Below are positions 62,029 to 64,000 of a DNA stretch of 64,000 nt, piece after piece. Made by a program: the position numbers and the translations under genes. The DNA lies in NCBI GenBank assembly GCA_048320885.1, contig JBLWFJ010000001.1:1349642-1413641 (forward strand), in the 5' to 3' direction. The notes below the pieces were generated by a model, which was not told the DNA's origin, did not search any database, and worked only from the letters and a program-made list of their open reading frames with translations. Source of the stretch: Nannocystaceae bacterium ST9. Its GTDB lineage: Bacteria > Myxococcota_A > Polyangia > Nannocystales > Nannocystaceae. Position 1 is the first letter of the stretch; every line of letters begins with the position of its first letter.

Positions 62029-62061
62029 CGCGTGCTGAAGTAGCGCGTGCTGAAGTAGCGC
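62017..62061. repeat. 15-bp tandem triplication that contains the stop codon
   Basis: GTGCTGAAGTAGCGC x3 (62017, 62032, 62047). The first copy encodes the terminal V-L-K-stop of the His-rich lipoprotein. Confidence 0.9.
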
Positions 62062-62071
62062 CGAAGTCCGC

Positions 62072-63544
62072 TCAGCGCGTGCGAATGCAGCGAACCAAGA
62101 GCGCCGGGTCGGCCGCGGGCTCGACCGCCTCCCACTCGGCGGTCTGGGTGTCGACGAAGGTCTGCTCGGCCGCGCCCTCGCTGGTCCAGAAGGGGCCGGG
62201 ACCCGCGAACCACAGGTAGGTCGCGCGGATCTCCGCGAGCGAGGGCAGGCGCCAGCCGGTCTCGCCCTGCTCGGGATCCCCGGGCACGCGCAGCGCCTTG
62301 CAGAACGCCTCGGCCTCGCGGCGATCGACGGCCTCGGCCACGCCGAGGAAGAGCTCGTAGTTGCCGTCCTGGCGGAGCAAGGGCAAGCGGACGGCCGGCT
62401 TGGGCGAGCTCAGGATCGTGTCTTCGCCGGCGAGGTCCTGCGCGCAGCGAAACCCGACCAGCGAGTGCTGGGCGAGCGCCCGCGTCCGCTCGAAGCTCTC
62501 TTTGGGCAGCGTGCTGGCCAGCGTGACGCCGGCCGGGAAGTCGTAGGCGCCGCCGCGCTGACCCGCGCGGCCGCCCTTGATGACGTGGCGCTTGCCGAGC
62601 TCCCCGATCACGCAGGTCGGATCGGCGGCGCGCTCGGGCCCGCACACCAAGGTCCGCAGGTAGGTCTGCTCGGCGCGCGCGAGCGGGCCGTCGGCGGCCC
62701 GGAATTCGCCGCGCAGGTAGACCTTCAAGTTGGCCTCGGGATCGAACTCGTCGGCGACCCACTCCATCGAGTTGCCGCCGAAGCCCTTGAGCCCCCAGTA
62801 GCTGATGTCGAGCGGATCGTAGCCGACCGGGCCGATGGTCTGGCCGATCTCGTCGCGCAGCTCGTTGCCCCACGGGAACGCCCAGGCCTCGGGCCCGCGC
62901 GCGGCGAACTCCCACTCGGCCTCGCTCGGCAGGCGAGCGCCTCGCCACTCGCAGTAGTCGGCGGCCTGCGAGTGCGTCACGCAGGTCTGCGGGAAATTTT
63001 CGAGATCCTGGCGGCCGATCTCGCGATCGGGACGACCGTCGCTGCCGTCGAGGCACTTGGCCTCGCCGCACTCGCCCGCGGCCACGCACTCGGCGTAGGC
63101 GCGCCGGCTGATCTCGAACCCGTCGATCCAGAAGCTCGGCAACGCGTCCTCGCGCAGCGGCTGACCCGACCAGTGGATGTAGGGGAATTCGCGGTTGGCG
63201 TCGGCGTCGTAGCGGACCGGGATGTCGCCGCGCAGGAACGCACCGGCCGGGATCTGGACCATGCCGCCGTAGGGCAGCTTGCGGGTGTTCAACACCACGC
63301 ACGCGCCCTCGGGATCGATCCCGCGACCGCGTCCGCACTCGTCGCTCGGCTCGGCCGGCTTGGTCTCGATCTCGGTCTGCTCGCCGACGTAGGGCGAGCC
63401 GGCCGGGAACGAGTGCGGATGATCGTAGAAGGCCAGCGCGGGATCGTGGCCGCCCTCGGCTTCGCAGCCGAAGGGTACGCAGCCGAACGAGGCGATCGTG
63501 AAGAGGACCAGGGCCCGAGGGGCTCGCGGCGATTGGGTGGTCAT
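62072..63544 (-). CDS. FGE-sulfatase (SUMF1/EgtB/PvdO)-domain lipoprotein
   Basis: N-terminus MTTQSPRAPRALVLFTIASFGC. THSQAADYCEWRGARLPSEAEWEFAARG, FPWGN, GNSMEWV. A second partial FGE-like unit lies at the C-terminus (EAEAFCKALR...GWRLPSLAE). Confidence 0.8.
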   Translation of the reverse strand: MTTQSPRAPRALVLFTIASFGCVPFGCEAEGGHDPALAFYDHPHSFPAGSPYVGEQTEIETKPAEPSDECGRGRGIDPEGACVVLNTRKLPYGGMVQIPAGAFLRGDIPVRYDADANREFPYIHWSGQPLREDALPSFWIDGFEISRRAYAECVAAGECGEAKCLDGSDGRPDREIGRQDLENFPQTCVTHSQAADYCEWRGARLPSEAEWEFAARGPEAWAFPWGNELRDEIGQTIGPVGYDPLDISYWGLKGFGGNSMEWVADEFDPEANLKVYLRGEFRAADGPLARAEQTYLRTLVCGPERAADPTCVIGELGKRHVIKGGRAGQRGGAYDFPAGVTLASTLPKESFERTRALAQHSLVGFRCAQDLAGEDTILSSPKPAVRLPLLRQDGNYELFLGVAEAVDRREAEAFCKALRVPGDPEQGETGWRLPSLAEIRATYLWFAGPGPFWTSEGAAEQTFVDTQTAEWEAVEPAADPALLVRCIRTR

Positions 63545-64000
63545 GACTCGAAGCGGCGCAGCAGCTCGGCCGAGGGCCGAGGTCCCGCGAGCGAGAAGCT
63601 GACCATGCCGACCACGTTCACGACAAGCCCGATCAGCCCGATCTCCAGCTCGAGCGGGTTGAGCGTGGCCGCGAGCGTCGGCGCGATGCGCTGAACCAGG
63701 AAGAGCGCGACGATCGTGACCAAGCCCGCGCCGAGCCCGACCTCCGCGCCAACTCGGTTGGCACGCTTCCAGTAGAGCCCGAAGAGCACGATCGGCAGGA
63801 ACTGGATCGGCACCGCGTAGGCCAGCAGCAGCAGATCGACGATCGAGGTCCCGCCCGCGGCCTCGAGCACGACGAACGCGACCAGCAGCAGCGCGACGAT
63901 CGTCACGCGGATCGCCCGAGTCTGGCCGGCGTCGTCCTGGCGCAGCGACGCGCTCGGCGTGGGCGGTCGCGGCAGCACCCGCGAGCGTCGCAGCGCGCGG
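63541..64000 (-). CDS. C-terminal part of a sodium:solute-symporter-like membrane protein; 5' end beyond the right window edge
   Basis: The frame is open to position 64000 upstream of the listed GTG 63978. TM text ...LLLLAYAVPIQFLPIVLFGLYWKRANRVGAEVGLGAGLV.... Its stop overlaps the FGE gene ATG (ATGA). Confidence 0.5.
   Translation of the reverse strand, partial: RALRRSRVLPRPPTPSASLRQDDAGQTRAIRVTIVALLLVAFVVLEAAGGTSIVDLLLLAYAVPIQFLPIVLFGLYWKRANRVGAEVGLGAGLVTIVALFLVQRIAPTLAATLNPLELEIGLIGLVVNVVGMVSFSLAGPRPSAELLRRFES

Noticed and set aside
1-64000. Mobile elements, prophage or defence islands.
   Set aside because: No transposase, integrase, recombinase, phage structural, restriction-modification, toxin-antitoxin or cas-like translation was seen in any frame. 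The duplication at 30507-32593 and the palindrome at 3973-4489 lack terminal features or genes of known mobile elements.

Overview
Gene-dense, very GC-rich window (roughly 68-70% G+C by eye, with third codon positions almost always G/C). It reads like a chromosomal segment from a myxobacterium. That is an inference from the many lipobox lipoproteins with acidic S/T/D linkers, the MYXO-CTERM-like tails, two GAFTGA sigma-54 activators, and the eukaryote-like families CYP51, SET, RCC1, HTTM and ATE/Bpt. I support about 60 protein genes, a few sORFs, 2-3 gene remnants, several repeats and hairpins, and two sigma-54-type promoters. I found no rRNA, tRNA, CRISPR array, transposase or integrase. About half of the ORFs in the supplied track are antisense or off-frame shadow ORFs (Arg/Ala/Gly/Pro-rich, no domain text) and were discarded. 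Many true starts lie inside the listed ORFs. I placed them using signal peptides or lipoboxes, SD sequences, and the very frequent 4-nt ATGA/GTGA stop-start overlaps (at least 14). Landmarks, left to right: a DUF2332/Cys-rich lipoprotein/TPR operon; an aminotransferase; a ~517-bp palindromic repeat element; an OMP; a rhodanese-MauE pair; a minus-strand cluster (two small secreted proteins, a 9-repeat beta-sandwich giant, a DUF5819-like protein and an HTTM protein); gcdH; tandem DUF2330 paralogs; and an SspB-like gene. Next comes a kdpFABC locus with kdpE, a KdpD split into separate genes, and an extra HAMP-PAS kinase. Further right: an FHA-sigma54 activator; a segmental duplication; a Cys-cluster/2x EIIA-Ntr/NtrC operon; a SET-domain gene; MBL hydrolases; CYP51 followed by twin 17-codon sORFs; RCC1 and LysM-MepA genes; bpt; a PEP-utilizing enzyme; a TatT-associated TRAP transporter; a His-rich lipoprotein; and an FGE-like gene. 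The most interesting candidates are: (1) the sigma-54-type operon linking two small signal-peptide proteins to an SdpAB-like DUF5819/HTTM pair; (2) the multi-piece kdp sensor with a near-consensus sigma-54 promoter, close to two EIIA-Ntr paralogs; (3) the duplicated sORF-plus-hairpin units after CYP51; and (4) the composite palindrome with a 21-bp tandem core. All family names come from reading the translations and recalling family signatures. No database search was run.
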